DNA of 64,000 bases, from positions 30,318,001 through 30,382,000 of the forward strand of contig NW_027266341.1 in NCBI RefSeq assembly GCF_022045235.1. The letters are read 5' to 3'. Below, piece by piece: positions 1 to 13,903 of the stretch. The notes beneath the pieces were generated by a model that did no database searches, had not been told where the DNA came from, and was given only the letters and a program-made list of their open reading frames with translations. This DNA comes from Haliotis cracherodii (taxonomy: Eukaryota). The stretch's first letter is position 1. Every line of letters begins with the position of its first letter. The position numbers were made by a program, and so were the translations under genes.

Positions 1-471
1 TTGTGTACAGGAAGTTGACAGATTTCGAGGCGGAAGTGTCATGGTGTGGGGTGCATTCTGTGGCAATGCACGTTCCAGGCTTCTCGTCATCCGTGGCAAC
101 CTCAACGCTGCTGCTTACCGCGACCAGGTACTGGCACCAGAACTTCTGCCTTTTATGGCAGCACATGGACCCGGTTTGATCTTCCAACACGACAATGCCA
201 GACCCCACACAGCAATTTTGACAAGGAATTTCCTTCAGAATGTAGGAGTCAACGTTATGAACTGGCCGTCAAGGTCTCCCGACCTCAATCCCATCGAACA
301 CGTCTGGAATGCTCTTGGCAGAACCAACCACAGAATTTGCAAGATCTTGGCACCATTTTGCAGCAACAATGGCGTCGTCTTCCCAATCAAGTGTTCACAA
401 GCATCACAAGGTCCATGCGGAGGCGTTGTGTGGCAGTTGTCAACGCACATGGTGGCCATACACGCTACTGA
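1..471 (+). mobile_element. Tc1/mariner transposase C-terminal fragment (DD34E), frameshifted
   Basis: ORF 41-520 has VWGAF, FQHDNARPH and WPSRSPDLNPIEHVW, with 34 residues between D and E. After a frameshift it continues in ORF 46-471 as ...SMRRRCVAVVNAHGGHTRY*, a typical Tc1 C-terminus. Confidence 0.9.
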
Positions 472-574
472 ACTTGTGTGCCATCAGATTCTCGTGCTTG
501 GGACTTATGATTTAAACTGATGTTATTATCGAATACCGTAGGTGCTTGGAACAAATTATGGTTACCACCGTTAA

Positions 575-1430
575 TTAAAATCCATGGCATGAAGTATAAT
601 ACGTACATTAAACTATACGGCTCCTTGGTGTGGTCCACAATCCAGCTCGGAGCAAAAGTCTGTGGAAACCACAACCTCTCGTGTATGAATGGAACTCAAA
701 ATAAGGCTGTGAGACTTTTATGGGCCTTAGAGAATTTGTTCCAAGTAATTCAGGAGACTTGGGAAGGGTACCTTTAACAACACGACAGTTAGAGACCGTA
801 CGTAAGTTATATAAACGCTTTGGTTCTCTTCAACACAGAACACGAAGGAAAGGTTTTATGTGGGTCAACAGACGTGATGGATAAGAAGAGAAACTGGATT
901 AAGTACAGTACACTTAGTACTGGAAGCTTCATTTCAACGGATAGTGATTATCATTATCGTCATTATAGTAAAGAAGTTAGAGACACAGTAATTGAGAAGT
1001 ACAAAAGAGACTTTACTGGATCAATAAACCAAGTTAACAGTTAAAGGGTAACGGAGGAAACAAACTACGTCTGTACAACCAGTTCAAGAGCGAGCACAGT
1101 GAGGAACATTTCAACCAATTTGCCATGGCTACATTAAATTGTACAAGGCTTGCAGTTTTTAGGAGCTGGATGGCTCCTATTCGATTGGAAACTGGACGGT
1201 ATACAAACGTACATCAAGATGAGAGTGTGTGTGTTATCTGTAACAGCTGCATTTAGGGGGAGATACATGTGTTATTACACTGTCCAATGTATAATGATGT
1301 TCGCCAGGGTTTACTTAACATATGTAATGAAGTGTGGTGAAATTAAAGCAATTAAAGTGATGTTGTTAAAGTTCTTATTAATATTTAGGAGATCGGCCTT
1401 TTTCAAACATACGTTTAGTCTCTCATAACC
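575..1430 (+). mobile_element. Decayed LINE ORF2 3' part (paralogue of 21560-22400)
   Basis: Near-identical to 21560-22400, which follows an RT-like stretch at 20770-21100. Fragmented peptides include YTKLY..LVWSTIQ.GA.V.G and GGNKLRLYNQFK. No intact ORF. Confidence 0.55.
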
Positions 1431-1559
1431 CAAAAGAAGTGGCTCAATTTGTGACACATTATATAATATTATATATGTAAAAATAAGGTGAGAATTAAAT
1501 AAACTAACTGCATGTTTGTCTGTCTGTCTGCAAAACCCTGAATTAAGGTTTAATCCCCT

Positions 1560-2720
1560 CTCATCTAAATAAAATCGTCCAACATCGGCACCTGCACACA
1601 CATGGAGGGTAGTTACAAAGACAAAACAACCAGCTTAGACAGTGGAAGGATATTTACAGAAACAAACAAAATTTTATTATCCGGCAAATAGGGGCATTCC
1701 TATAAAAAATGCATTTCATCACCGATTGCATTTTTACATAATGTACATTTTGTCTCCTTTAAAGACATTGAATGATCTCCGATTTTCAACAATTGACCTG
1801 TGATTTTAGCAGTTCTGAAGCGTGTTAGATATATACGTAGGTTAGAGGGTTATAATGTCAATTATGGCTCCAAGGAAGGTATCTCTTTATAAATATAAGT
1901 AATATCCTTTGATGAATTCACTTTGGAAGGTCTCCTATTTTGAACAAACGGTTCAATCAAAACTGTTGCAATCATGACAAACAAGAGATATCATTTGTGA
2001 AATCATTCAGAAATGGGAAGTTGTTGTCTTGATTACATTGGGTAAATGAAACATTATTTTCCAAACACTATCTGAGGAGTCATCAGATGATGGTAATTTA
2101 CACCAGTACGAGATTTAGTGAACATGTTCAGTGAATTATAATTAAGGTAGGCCTACATGTTTAATACATTTTAAATGTACATGTTCCAAGAGTATTGGTT
2201 TCTCAAAGCCCACTATTTCTGAATCATCTAGCAATATGTACTGAACCAGGTGGTTCAAAATAGTTTAATCTGAAAATCGATAAGCATTGCTAACAGTCTA
2301 TTGTGCTTGTAACAATGTATACATAGACCTCGATGCCTGATCTTTCAGTTTTTTCTGATCTTTACACATTCTTCTGGTGTCTGACACCAAAAACATATGC
2401 CTTATTTGGCGACAATATTACATCCGTTTGACTTATTGATTACATTATTCTTCAAATGCTGTTAAACATTTCTATGATGATCTGAAGTTAAATCCTTCAG
2501 CATATCATACCATATAATATCACTAAAGTTTTAGTACAATCCAAGTAAATTCGATAATAATGTTATATACACTTTGCACTTCATTAAAACCATTTTAGAT
2601 AGAAACGTTTATAGGTCGTCTAGGCACAGTGCGAATAAGAAGGTGACAAAATTTTCACCTGTTGTACACCAATAAGGAACAATCCGTTGTATCAACATTA
2701 TGTGAAACATGCGTTATCTG
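1560..2720 (-). mobile_element. Decayed LINE ORF2 C-terminal remnant (paralogue of 22530-23450)
   Basis: Minus strand around 1720-1840 reads RIYLTRFRTA...CTLC...IGDEMHF across frameshifts, the C-terminal Zn-knuckle region of CR1/L2-group LINEs. Confidence 0.5.
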
Positions 2721-3269
2721 GTACAGTAAAAGTATCTCAGCACATTCAGAATAAACACTTTGTAAATGGTTGAGTAGTTATTCCTGATCCCGGCTTGCGC
2801 TTCGCTGAGAGTAGACAATTAGGGAAAGCTTTCACAAGTAGCTAGTTATTCAATACAGCCGTGAAAAATGTATAAACTATCACTGACTTTTACGCCTCTC
2901 ATAACTCAGTAAGAGTGGCTCTATACACTGTGTATATAATTTACAATTATAATTTTGCATTTGTAAGAAATCTATAAAGGTGAGGCGAGAATAAAAGTTC
3001 TGTCTGTCTGTCTGCCCCTGCACTGCCACGGTCAGCTAAACTTCCTTTACTTGTTATAGATTGTTTTGATTGAAGCTACAAGTCAGGATTCAACGAGAGA
3101 AGGCATTTACATAAACAGGCAGTATTACATGTTATTACATGGGCAGAGCTTTTGATGTATTCATTGTACATAAAGTCAAAACTACAAAATCCTTTTATGT
3201 ATACAAGTACGGCCTATGCATATGTACAACGTACAAGGCTGTAGAATTACAGGTGTGACACAAGGACCA

Positions 3270-4098
3270 GCAGTCCGGTATATACATTTATCCTACTGGA
3301 TATCCTACTGGATTTGGGCCTGCCGTACAAAATAAAATACATACAAGGTTTTGACATTATCCTGCAGGATATAAGCTCACTCGAGCAAGCCGTACAAAGT
3401 AAAACACATACAAGGTGTGATATTATCCTGCAGGATATAAGTTCCTTCGAGCAAGCCGTACAAAATGAAACACATACAAGCTGTGACATCATCCTGCAGG
3501 ATATAAGCTCACTCGAGCAAGCCGTACAAAGTAAAACACATACAAGCTGTGACATCATCCTGCAGGATATAAGCTCACTCGAGCAAGCCGTACAAAGTAA
3601 AATACATACAAGCTGTGACATTATCCTGCAGGATATAAGCTCACTCGAGCAAGCCGTACAAAGTAAAACGCATACAAGCTGTGACATTATCCTGCAGGAT
3701 ATACGCTCATTCAGGAATGCCGTACAAAGTAAAACACATACAAGTTGTGACATTATCCTGCGGGATATAAGCTCATTCGAGCAAGGCGAACAAAATAAAA
3801 CACATACAAGGTGTGACATTATCCTGCAGGATATACGCTCATTCGGGCATGTTGTAATAAATAAAACACAAAGGTGTGACATGCTGGATGACATAAGCTC
3901 ATTCGGGCAATCCCTACAAAATAATACACATACAAAGTATGACATTACCTTGCAGGATATACCCTCATGACGGCATGCCGTACACAATAAAGCATATACA
4001 AGATTTGGCATTATATTACAGGATATAAGTGCATTTAGACATGCCTTACACAAACAAACAATAAAACACATACAAGATTTGATTTTTTTCTACAGGAT
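3270..4098. repeat. 66-bp minisatellite, about 12 units
   Basis: Unit catacaagctgtgacattatcctgcaggatataagctcactcgagcaagccgtacaaagtaaaaca gives the 22-aa periodicity in ORFs 3314-3970 and 3247-4071. Confidence 0.95.
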
Positions 4099-4101
4099 AT
4101 A

Positions 4102-4254
4102 GGGGTCACGGGTGGCCCAGTCGTCTAAAGCGGCGCGATTCGCTGTGCAAGGTTGCCAAGGGACGCCCAAAACCCATGATTGCGGGTTCGAATCCCGGTT
4201 CGCCCCGATTATGTTTCTAGGTTTGTCAGCACCATACCCGTGTTCGTGGGTTTC
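4102..4254 (+). mobile_element. tRNA-derived SINE, 5' part (family A)
   Basis: A-box-like gtggcccagtcgtc and B-box gggttcgaatccc. A reverse-complement copy lies at 18905-19155. Confidence 0.75.
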
Positions 4255-5199
4255 ATCGAAGTGGTAAACGTCTGAGACCTACATCACTGTACATCACCTC
4301 ATTATCAAGGGTATCAGCTACCAAGCAAACTACACAAAGAAATGTTTAAAGATTATGTGTCCTGCTGTCTACTGTATTTCGGTTTGACAGATGATTTCAT
4401 CTAGGAGATACTAAACATATTTAAGATTTAAGATTTAAGATAAAGATATATTCACCAAATACCATGTATGAAGAACCCTTGAATATGAAGTTAGTCAGTA
4501 CCAAACATGCTCGTTTTGTAAGATGAAAGAAGAATGTATTCTTCATGTCTTCTATGAATGTAACATTGTCAATCATATCTGGGTGTTCCCGGAAAGCATC
4601 TTAACTGCCTCACATCAAAACAATTAGTATCAACTGTAAAAATGTATGCGTTGGTTGGGATTTTTTTATTCCTCAACCACATCATCCTAGCCAGCAGGAA
4701 GTATATAACCCGATGTAGTAAAATTGGTTCTAATCCTTTAAATTGATGGGTGATTTTAAGAAAACACTAAATATATCTTTCACTGAAGCTTTATTTACAA
4801 AACAAAATGATGCCGAACACAGTTTTAATAAAATGCAAAGGCATTTGGAGAATATATGTTTCCAGAAATGTACTGTGTGTGTGTGTGTGCGCGTGCGCGC
4901 GCAAACACGTGCGTGTGTGTTGGGGTTGGTGGTACTGCTGCTTAACGCTTTGCAAAAAGTGTTTGTGACGGGAACCACCTTTTCGCGTAATCCTTCAGAG
5001 CGTTTACGTGAACACATGCCTATGGTATACTAAGTGACTGAACGCTTGGAACAACATGTTGCTCTGACGCCTGTATACAACTAAAACGGACATTTGACTC
5101 TTTTTTTTAAACCTGCGCTAGAATTGTGATGCATAATGTAATGTGAGCAGCTTTTATTCCTTGAGCTACCACTATACGTAGGTGATACGGGCAGCCATG

Positions 5200-8100
5200 C
5201 TATTGCTGTCTTGACCTCACGATAGGCAGGACGAAGCGAACTATCACAATTGATATCCACTGTGTCAGGTCAGCATTCCTTGACACCAGGAGGTCAAACA
5301 CTCTTTGATGGCCTCGAAGAGCTGCGAACACAATTGGAGTCTAACCACTTTCTCCACATAAGTTGATGTTGGAGGGTGACAAGATATGTTGCACTATAGC
5401 TGTGTTACCTCCAATACAGGCAAAATGAATTAAGCTATTACCATGGTCATCCATCAGTGTCAGATCAGCCTCCGTTGATACGAGGAGATCAAACACACGT
5501 TGGTGTCCTTTACAAGCTGCTACCATTACTGGTGTTTTCCCATTACGTCCCCTACTATTTATGTTAGAGGGTGACAAGACATGTTGTATTATAGCTGTGT
5601 TACCTCCAATACAGGCATGATGAGGTAAGCTATGACCATGGTCATCCACCAGTGTCAGGTCAGCCTTCTTTGATACGAGGAGATCAAACACACGTTTGTG
5701 CCCTGCAGTGGCTGCTGTCATTAAGGGTGTATATCCACCCTCTCCTCTAGTATTGATGTTAGAGGGTGACAAGACATGTTGTACTATAGCTGTGTTACCA
5801 CCATTACAGGCATGATGAAGTAAACTATTACCATGGTCATCCGCCAGTGTCAGGTGAGCCTTCTTTGATACGAGGAGATCAAACACACGTTGGTGTCCTT
5901 TACAACGTGCTACCATGACTGGTGTTCGTCCATATTGTCCTCTAATATTGATGTTAGAGGGTGACACCAAATGCTGCACTATAGCTGTGTTAACTCCAAT
6001 ACAGGCGAGATGAAGTAAGCTATTACCATGGTCATCCAACAGTGTCAGGTCAGCCTTCTTTGATACCAGGAGATCAAACACACGTTTGTGCCCTCTAGTG
6101 GCTGCTGTCATGACTGGTGTTCGTCCATACTGTCCTCTAGTATTGATGTTAGAGGGTGTCAAGACATGTTGAACTATAGCTGTGTTACCGCCAGTACAGG
6201 CATGATGAAGTAAACTATTACCATGGTCATCCCGCAGTGTCAGGTCAGCCTTCTTTGATACGAGGAGATGAAACACACATTGGTATCCTTTATTAGCTGC
6301 TACCATGACTGGTGTATGTCCATCTTGTTCTCTAGTATTGATGTTAGAAGGTGACACAACATGTTGTGCTATAGCTGTGTTACCACCATCACAGGCAAGA
6401 TGAAGCAAACTATTACCATGGTCATTCAGCAGTGTCAGGTCAGCCTTCTTTGATACGAGGAGATCAAACACACGTTGGTGTCCTTTACAAGCTGCTACCA
6501 TGACTGGTGTATGTCCATCTTGTCCTCTAGTATTGATGTTAGAGGATGACAAGACATGTTGTATTGTAGCTGTGTTACCTACAATACAGGCAAGATGAAG
6601 TAAGCTATTACCATGGTCATCCCGCAGTGTCAGGTCAGCCTTGTTTGATACGAGGAGATCAAACGCACGTTGGTGTCCTTCACAAGCCGCTGTCATGACT
6701 GGTGTAAATCCATACTGTCCTCTAGTATTGATGTTAGAGGGTGACACCAAACGCTGTACTATAGCTGTGTTACCTCCAATACAGGCATGATGAAGTAAGC
6801 TATTACCATGGTCATCCATCAGTGTCAGATCAGCCTCCGTTGATACGAGGAGATCAAACACACGTTGGTGTCCTTTACAAGCTGCTACCATGACTGGTGT
6901 TTTCCCATCACGTCCTCTACTATTTATGTTAGAGGGTGTCAAGACATGTTGTACTATAGCTGTGTTACCGCCAGCACAAGCATGATGAAGTAAACTATTA
7001 CCATGGTCATCCCGCAGTGTCAGGTCAACCTTCTTTGATACGAGGAGATCAAACACACGTCGGTGTCCTTTACAAGCTGCTACCATGACTGGTGTATGTC
7101 CATCTTGTTCTCTAGTATTGATGTTAGAAGGTGACACAACATGTTGTACTATAGCTGTGTTACCTCCAATACAGGCATGATGAAGTAAGCTATTACCATG
7201 GTCATCCACCAGTGTCAGGTCAGCCTTGTTTGATACGAGGAGATCAAACACACGTTGATGTCCTTCACCAGCTGCTGTCATGACTGGTGTTTTCCCCTTA
7301 CGTCCTCTACTATTTATGTTAGAGGGTGTCAAGACATGTTGTACTAAAGCTGTGTTACCACCAGTGCAGGCAAGATGAATTAAGCTATATTCATGGTCAT
7401 CTAACAGTGTCAGGTCAGCCTTGTTTGATACGAGGAGATCAAACACACGTTGGTGTCCTTCACCAGCTGCTGTCATGACTGGTGTTTTCCCATTACATCC
7501 TCTACTATTTATGTTAGAGGGTGTCAAGACATGTTGTACTAAAGCTGTGTTACCACCAGTGCAGGCAAGATGAGTTAAGCTATAACCATGGTCATCTAAC
7601 AGTGTCAGGTCAGCCTTCTTTGATACCAGGAGATCAAACACACGTTTGTGCCCTCTAGTGGCTGCTGTCATGACTGGTGTATATCCATACTGTCCTCTAG
7701 TATTGATGTTAGAGGGTGTCAAGACATGTTGAACTATAGCTGTGTTACCGCCATTACAGCCATGATGAAGTAAACTATTACCATGGTCATCCACCAGCGT
7801 CAGGTCAGCCTTCTTTGATACGAGGAGATCAAACACCTTCCGGTTTCCTTTACAAGCTGCTACTATGACTGGTGTTCGTCCATATTGTCCTCTTATATTG
7901 ATGTTAGAGGGTGTCACAACATGTTGTACTATAGCTGTGTTACCTACAATACAGGCAAGATGAAGTAAACTATTACCATGGTTATCCACCAGTGTCAGGT
8001 CAGCCTTCTCTGACACGAGGAGATCAAACACCTTTTGGTGTCCTTTACCAGCTGCTAGCATGACTGGTGTAAATCCATACTGTCCTCTAGTATTGATGTT

Positions 8101-10814
8101 AGAAGGTGACACCAAATGCTTAACTATAGCTGTGTTACCTCCAGCACAGGCAAAATGAAGTAAGTTATTACAATCGTCATCCACCAGTGTCAGGTGAGCC
8201 TTCTTTGACACGAGGAGATCAAACACGCTTTGGTGTCCTTTACAAGCTGCTACCATGACTGGTGTATCTCCATTACGTCCTCTAGTATTGATGTTAGAAG
8301 GTGACATGACATGTTGTACTATAGCTGTGTTACCTCCAATACAGGCATAGTGAAGTAAACTATCACCATGCTTATCCAACAGAGTCAGGTCAGCTGATGC
8401 TGATGCGAGAAGAAGAAACACACTTTGGTGTCCTGCAACGGCCGCTATCATTAAGGGTGTACGTCCATCTTCCTCTCTAGTATTGATGTTAAAAGGTGAA
8501 ACCACATGTACTATAACTGGGTTACCTCCCTGAGAGGCATAACTGAGTAAACTATTACCCTGGTCATCCACCAGTGTCAGGTCAGCCTTCTTTGACACAA
8601 GGAGATCAAACACATTTTGGTGTCCATTACCAGCTGCTACCATGACTGGTGTCTGTCCATCCTGTCCTCTAGTATTGATGTTATAAGGTGACAAGACATG
8701 TTGCACTATAGCTGTGTTAGCACCAGCACAGGCAAGGTGAAGTAAGCTATTACCATAGGCATCTAGCAGTCCCAGGTGAGCATTCTTTGATACGAGGAGA
8801 TCAAACACAGTTTGTTGTCCTTTACCAGCTGCTGTCATGACTGGAGTAATACCATCATGTCCTTTAGTGTTGATGTTCGAAGGCGATATGACATGTTCTA
8901 CTATTGTTTTGTTACCACCTAAACATGCATAGTGTAGTGATTTCCCGTACTTGTCATTAATGTTCTTGTTTGATATTGATTGCAATAACTGGTAACATTC
9001 ATTGGATCCTGTTCGTGCAGCTTCCATGAGTGGAGTCCTGCCTTCATCATCTACAGAATTCATAACAACAGTCTTAAAGAGGTCTCTGTTGTGTTGTTTC
9101 AACACTTCTAGTATTTTCTGCTGTCCTGTCATGCACGCTACATTTATGATGGTTTTGTAATTTTCAGTAGTACTGACTCCATCGGCACCCTGTTCTTACA
9201 GATATAGTAATGTTCCAGAACTTCCACTCAAAGCAGCAAATAAAAGCAGGCTATTCATTAAGATGATGCCTGGATATTCACACCTAGAGAAAAGCCACTT
9301 TAACAATGTCACGTTGTTTTTTAATACACAACCTGTAAACGATTCTTTGATTTCTTTTTGCGTAAATTCTTCGCCAGTTTTCTTTTCTATACTTTTTGCA
9401 AACTTTGAACTGTGTCCACGTACAATCCAACATAAGAAACTGTGGTCCATGTCTCTTTTGTGAAACCAACTTTCTTCCATGGATTCGTCAGGCTGGAGCT
9501 TTTCAAGAAGTTGAAGAACTATTTTGTCTTGCTGGAGGATGGGGTGTGTCACTGATTTGGAAAAATGCCCATCTTTTATTGATTTTGCAAGCCGTGTGGT
9601 TAGAATGTCATAGTAATTTTCTGAGATGTAGATGACATGAAGGTGTTCATCAGTCTCGGTTTCTGATACTGGCTGGGGTTGCACTCTCTCATATATGAAG
9701 TTGTCACTGCAATGAGTCAGCACAAGTGTTGGGCTGATATCATACAAGACACAAGCACAGGCATCATAGATCGAAGAGTGGGCAAATCCCACTGTATCTC
9801 CACGTGTGAAGTATGTTCCCCTGAAGCCCTTTGCTGCGTCGTACATTCCTGAACATGAAGCTTTTGGGAACAAGTCTAACACGGTACTAACCATATTGTC
9901 CAGTACCTGGTCCTTTCCTGCTGATTCCAACATGGCCAAATCTAACTTCTCCTCACACAGTAGCATAAGAACCAATATGGCTGATCGATCAGTTTTTGAT
10001 CCCAGTAAGCTGTTTAGTTCTAATCTAAGATAGAGCAGTGGTTCCTTGAAAAAATTCATCATATTTTTGGAAAAAGAAGAAAATTCAAAAAATAGTTTAC
10101 AAGTAAGTGGAAATCCAAACACAGAATCGGCGTCCCACAAGTCGCATTGTAACATATCTTCATAATCTGTGTCATTTTCATTATCTTCATCAAAACACTT
10201 GTTGTGGAGTTTTCTGTGTTTCTCAAATATAGCTTTCTTCTCTTCCTGAGTATATCTGTGTTTCGTTTGTGTTGTCATATCCATCACTGTTTGTCCCTTG
10301 AACAACGATAACCCCTCATACTGCATCTGGGCAAGCCCATCGTGGAAGTTGTAGGTCTTGGATGTGAACACAACACGGATATCCTTTGTGGGTTGTTGTG
10401 CTGGACCAGAAACACTACTAGTTTTCTTTTCACCTCTTCTTTTGGCTTGCTGATTTCTGAGTGAATGTTTCTCAAATGTATTATTGCACCGTTGCAAGTG
10501 AAGAACAAGCTTACTCAGAAATGGTTTCAGCTGGGAAACATCTGCAAACATATCATCTATGATCAGAAATACTCTAGGTGATAAACTCAAGAAGCTACCC
10601 AGGTCGAACTGATCAATCCTGTCCACAGCCGCCAGCTTGTACCCCCTTCTTCTGTACTGTGAACCCAAAATGAGAGCAGTCGTGGTTTTCCCTTCTCCTG
10701 GAGCACCACAGATGGTGACATGGCCAAATTCCTCCAGATTTCTTTTTGCACTTCTGAAGGCTTCTGCTTCAACAAAGACTTCTTTTGCTGCACTTATTTG
10801 TAGGTCAAGGGTAG
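5200..10814 (-). pseudogene. STAND NTPase (nSTAND3-like) + ankyrin-repeat gene, copy 1, large terminal exon, with two in-frame nonsense codons
   Basis: Walker A GAPGEGKTT and Walker B FLIIDDMF, then about 19 units of a 65-aa double ankyrin. ORFs 9196-10854 and 5341-9132 share one frame, separated by TAA 9196-9198 (TTA in copy 2). TAG 5341-5343 corresponds to TGG in copy 2, and the frame continues to the homologous stop at 5200. Acceptor ...tttgtgtttctag| before 10814. Confidence 0.85.
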
Positions 10815-11929
10815 CTAGAAACACAAACAGAACAGTATTATATCTTTCATGCATGTTATAATATAAAAGATGCTAATGTTGTTGCTTTTGAAACTACTTT
10901 GATTATGAAGGTTGGTGCTGTCATGTGAGAAAGTGTCTTGGTGAGAGTGTTCGACAATCCCTAAATTCTAAATCAGGTCAATACCACTCAGTGACTGAGT
11001 CACAAGATGTATAAGAATATTTGCCTTTTAAATAGAAGAGAACTGTTCCCGAGTGGTTCCGGGAAACCACTACAAACCTATAGTTGAAAAATAAAATATT
11101 TCTGATTGCAATAAGTTAACACATATATATATTAGTTTCTGTAAACAATAATTCAGTTTGTAATTGTCCTTTTTTTCTTTTTTTTTCAACTTTTTATTCA
11201 GTCATTACACATGATACATAAGCACTTGGAGAGCAATGCAGTTTTACGAATATCGATCTTTCTCAAAAGGATATGGTACAGAGGAGGCCTAAAGCATAAT
11301 CCACATCATGGTACAGAAGAGGACCATGAGGTTTGTAATTGTCCTTGCTGAAACAATCTGAATCTGTGTGTGTGTATTCCCGTATGAAGCAATGGGTTTA
11401 ATGGTTGCATTACCATTAAAACATTACTTAACAAATATTGACAATTCTTTGACTACAATATTACTTTGATTTATCTTTCCACCTCCGAAACAAATTTCAT
11501 ATTTAAGTATGTTTTCTTATTGAAATGATTGTGAACTATTCAGCAAATATATACAGTTGTTTCTCAAGTTCCTGTTTTCTTGCTTGTGATCATGAATTGT
11601 TTCTAAATATACACAAATGATTTAATATTCTCATTATCTATTTCTATATAGTTTACAATATTGTCTTGTTCGTGAAATAACGCAAGAGATGGAAATTCTT
11701 CTTCCTTGCTTAAAGACATATCTTTCAATTTACTGTTACATTCCTGGTAGTAATCCTAGCGAAAATATAAAGCAAAAAAAAACCAAGACATCCCTTTGTA
11801 ATTGTCTCCTGAGTAATCACTCAGTTTAGTCGATGGAATGGTCAACATCCTGATATTTTGTCAGGAATTTATATTCTATGTACTGTCATGATTACTTTGA
11901 TACTTTGATAATATTGATGTAAGATGCTT

Positions 11930-12545
11930 TTCAGAGTGGGGAAATTCGGTGTTTGTGCTGTTTTCATTGGTAGAATGCACCAAATAAACGATTCCGCTAT
12001 TATCCAAAGTCTGGCTACCCCACATGACAGGTTTATACTTTCCACTGACAAGGCCGCAAATAACGTAACTGCTATGTGTGAGCATCACTGCATTACTTGT
12101 TTGATCAGAGAACTTGGTAAAATTCACATATAATACCACATATAAAGCCAGTATGTTAACTGAAGAAAAAAGCTGAAAAACCCCCAAAACTTATTTTACT
12201 GTTGCATCAATTTTGGCTTGACTCTAAATCCGGAAGACAAGTCCATCCCGGTTTTGTACTGGCTTCGAAAGCTGCATACAATCCGTACAGAGTATATACT
12301 AAATTACATTCATTGAAGAAAATATGAAAACCTAAATGTAAACATAGATATACAAGGCAACTGGTACAATAAGGACATCGGTAGGATGAGAGATCATATG
12401 ATTGAAGCATACTCCCCAAGCGGGTTGTCACATGGGATGAGACACTCTCTTATAGGAAGAAAAGAAAGCGAATGCTCTCTCTCTCTCCAGACACTCTCTC
12501 AGACACTGTCGTGTACTGATTACTGTGTTCATTCAAGTTCCCCGA
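11930..12545 (+). mobile_element. Penelope-like element RT N-terminal remnant (related copies 34630-35280 and 39498-40095)
   Basis: Peptides (S/P)TDKAANN...C....I.CLIRELG and VLYW..KLH..PY resemble the PLE motifs PADKA.NN and LYW.PKLHK. The block occurs three times in the window. Confidence 0.55.
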
Positions 12546-12694
12546 ATAAGAGATGATCAAGTAATTACGGAATTAACTTTAGATCATAAAAGGAAATATA
12601 CTCTGTCCAAAAATAAATTACAAAAGTAGTAAAATCGTAAATATCAAATATCTGCCGATATCCATACAATATTCACAGAGACACAGACACACCA

Positions 12695-12695
12695 T

Positions 12696-12778
<83 letters not shown>

Positions 12779-12783
12779 CACAC
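12695..12783. repeat. (GCAC)n/(CA)n microsatellite
   Basis: Direct reading. Confidence 0.95.
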
Positions 12784-12809
12784 CTTTGGTTTTCAGTTGC
12801 ATGTACCGA

Positions 12810-13580
12810 AGATATGACACAACTGACGGAAGCCCAACGCATCAACGACTGCATACAGGCCAACTGAAGCCAGTTTTTTTCTACGGGGAAGCAAGACCAT
12901 TACAAGACTGTGGAACCGTTATCAGACACACGTCACTTATGTGAACGAACCACCACGGTCCACTCTTCACCTACAGCAACACCAGGAGTGAGTTTATATG
13001 CTTTTCGTCACATCGGCAATATTTCATCCAAATCGTGACGACAAGACAGTGAGGAAACGTTTTTTACGCTGAAGGTGTTCGCGCTAGACGACCAGTTCGA
13101 GGGGTCATTTGGAAGGACCTGCATCGTCGCCTGCGACGTCAATGGTGTCAAGTCAAAAGAGTATGGCCAAAACTGCCATGGAGACAAGTTTGACTTAGTG
13201 ATGAGCCACGTTTTATGCTTTGCCGTGCGGATGATTGACGTCGTGTTACAGGCGTCGCGGCTAATGCATAAAACTCTGTATACAAAACGTTGACAGATTT
13301 ACTGGTGGTCGTGTGATGATTTGTGCAGCCATCTCCTACACTGTTGGGACAGACTTAGTGCAAGTTCAAGGAATTTAACGGCACAACGTTACACGAATGA
13401 TATACTTCGGTAGACGACCTTTACCTTAAAAATCTACTGTTCCATGTGTGCCATATGGAACCTGGGTCAATGGGAATGATGTATGCAAATTTTGAACATT
13501 CGATTACCATCTGCTGTTTTTACGATACATAAAGTATACATCTAAAATCTTTTTTGCGTTTCTTTTTTTGCAGTGTTTTT
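12810..13580 (+). mobile_element. Highly decayed Tc1-like element
   Basis: Broken peptides SDEPRFML, VDRFTGGRVMICAAISY..GTDLVQVQG.LTAQRY..DIL resemble the other Tc1 copies. TIR-like end ttgcgtttctttttttgcagtg near 13555-13575. Confidence 0.6.
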
Positions 13581-13712
13581 ATTGATATTTGATGCACCAG
13601 TTTAATGCAGGCTACATATTTATATGATGCATTTCTTTTCATACGTATCAGATTCCACTACACAGTTGACAAACATTCTCCAATTATCAGAATAAAGGGT
13701 GACAGTGCCTAC

Positions 13713-13793
13713 CTTCATCAACAGTTCCTGCAGGGGTCGCTCCAGTGAATACATTATGCGTCCCAACCAGAGTGAGGGCTTGAGGGGCTCCAT
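13713..13793 (-). CDS. 81-bp internal exon of STAND-ankyrin copy 1 (DGAPQALTLVGTHNVFTGATPAGTVDE)
   Basis: ttttcag| ... GAAG|gtagg, phase 1-1, in frame with the large exon (E-A-TLDLQIS). Conserved with identical length at 36121-36201 while the flanks diverge. Confidence 0.8.
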
Positions 13794-13800
13794 CTGAAAA

Positions 13801-13903
13801 GAGGTGAGGTGAAATTGGGTTTAACGTCACGCCCAAGATTATTGCACTTACATAGCGACGTGCATGCACGTGAGTGTGTGTGACTGCTTCTACTAGTCCG
13901 GAC
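13801..13903 (-). mobile_element. 5'-truncated SINE 3' end (family of 59442-59794)
   Basis: gaggtgaaattgggtttaacgtc...tagtccggac matches 59445-59548. Confidence 0.8.
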
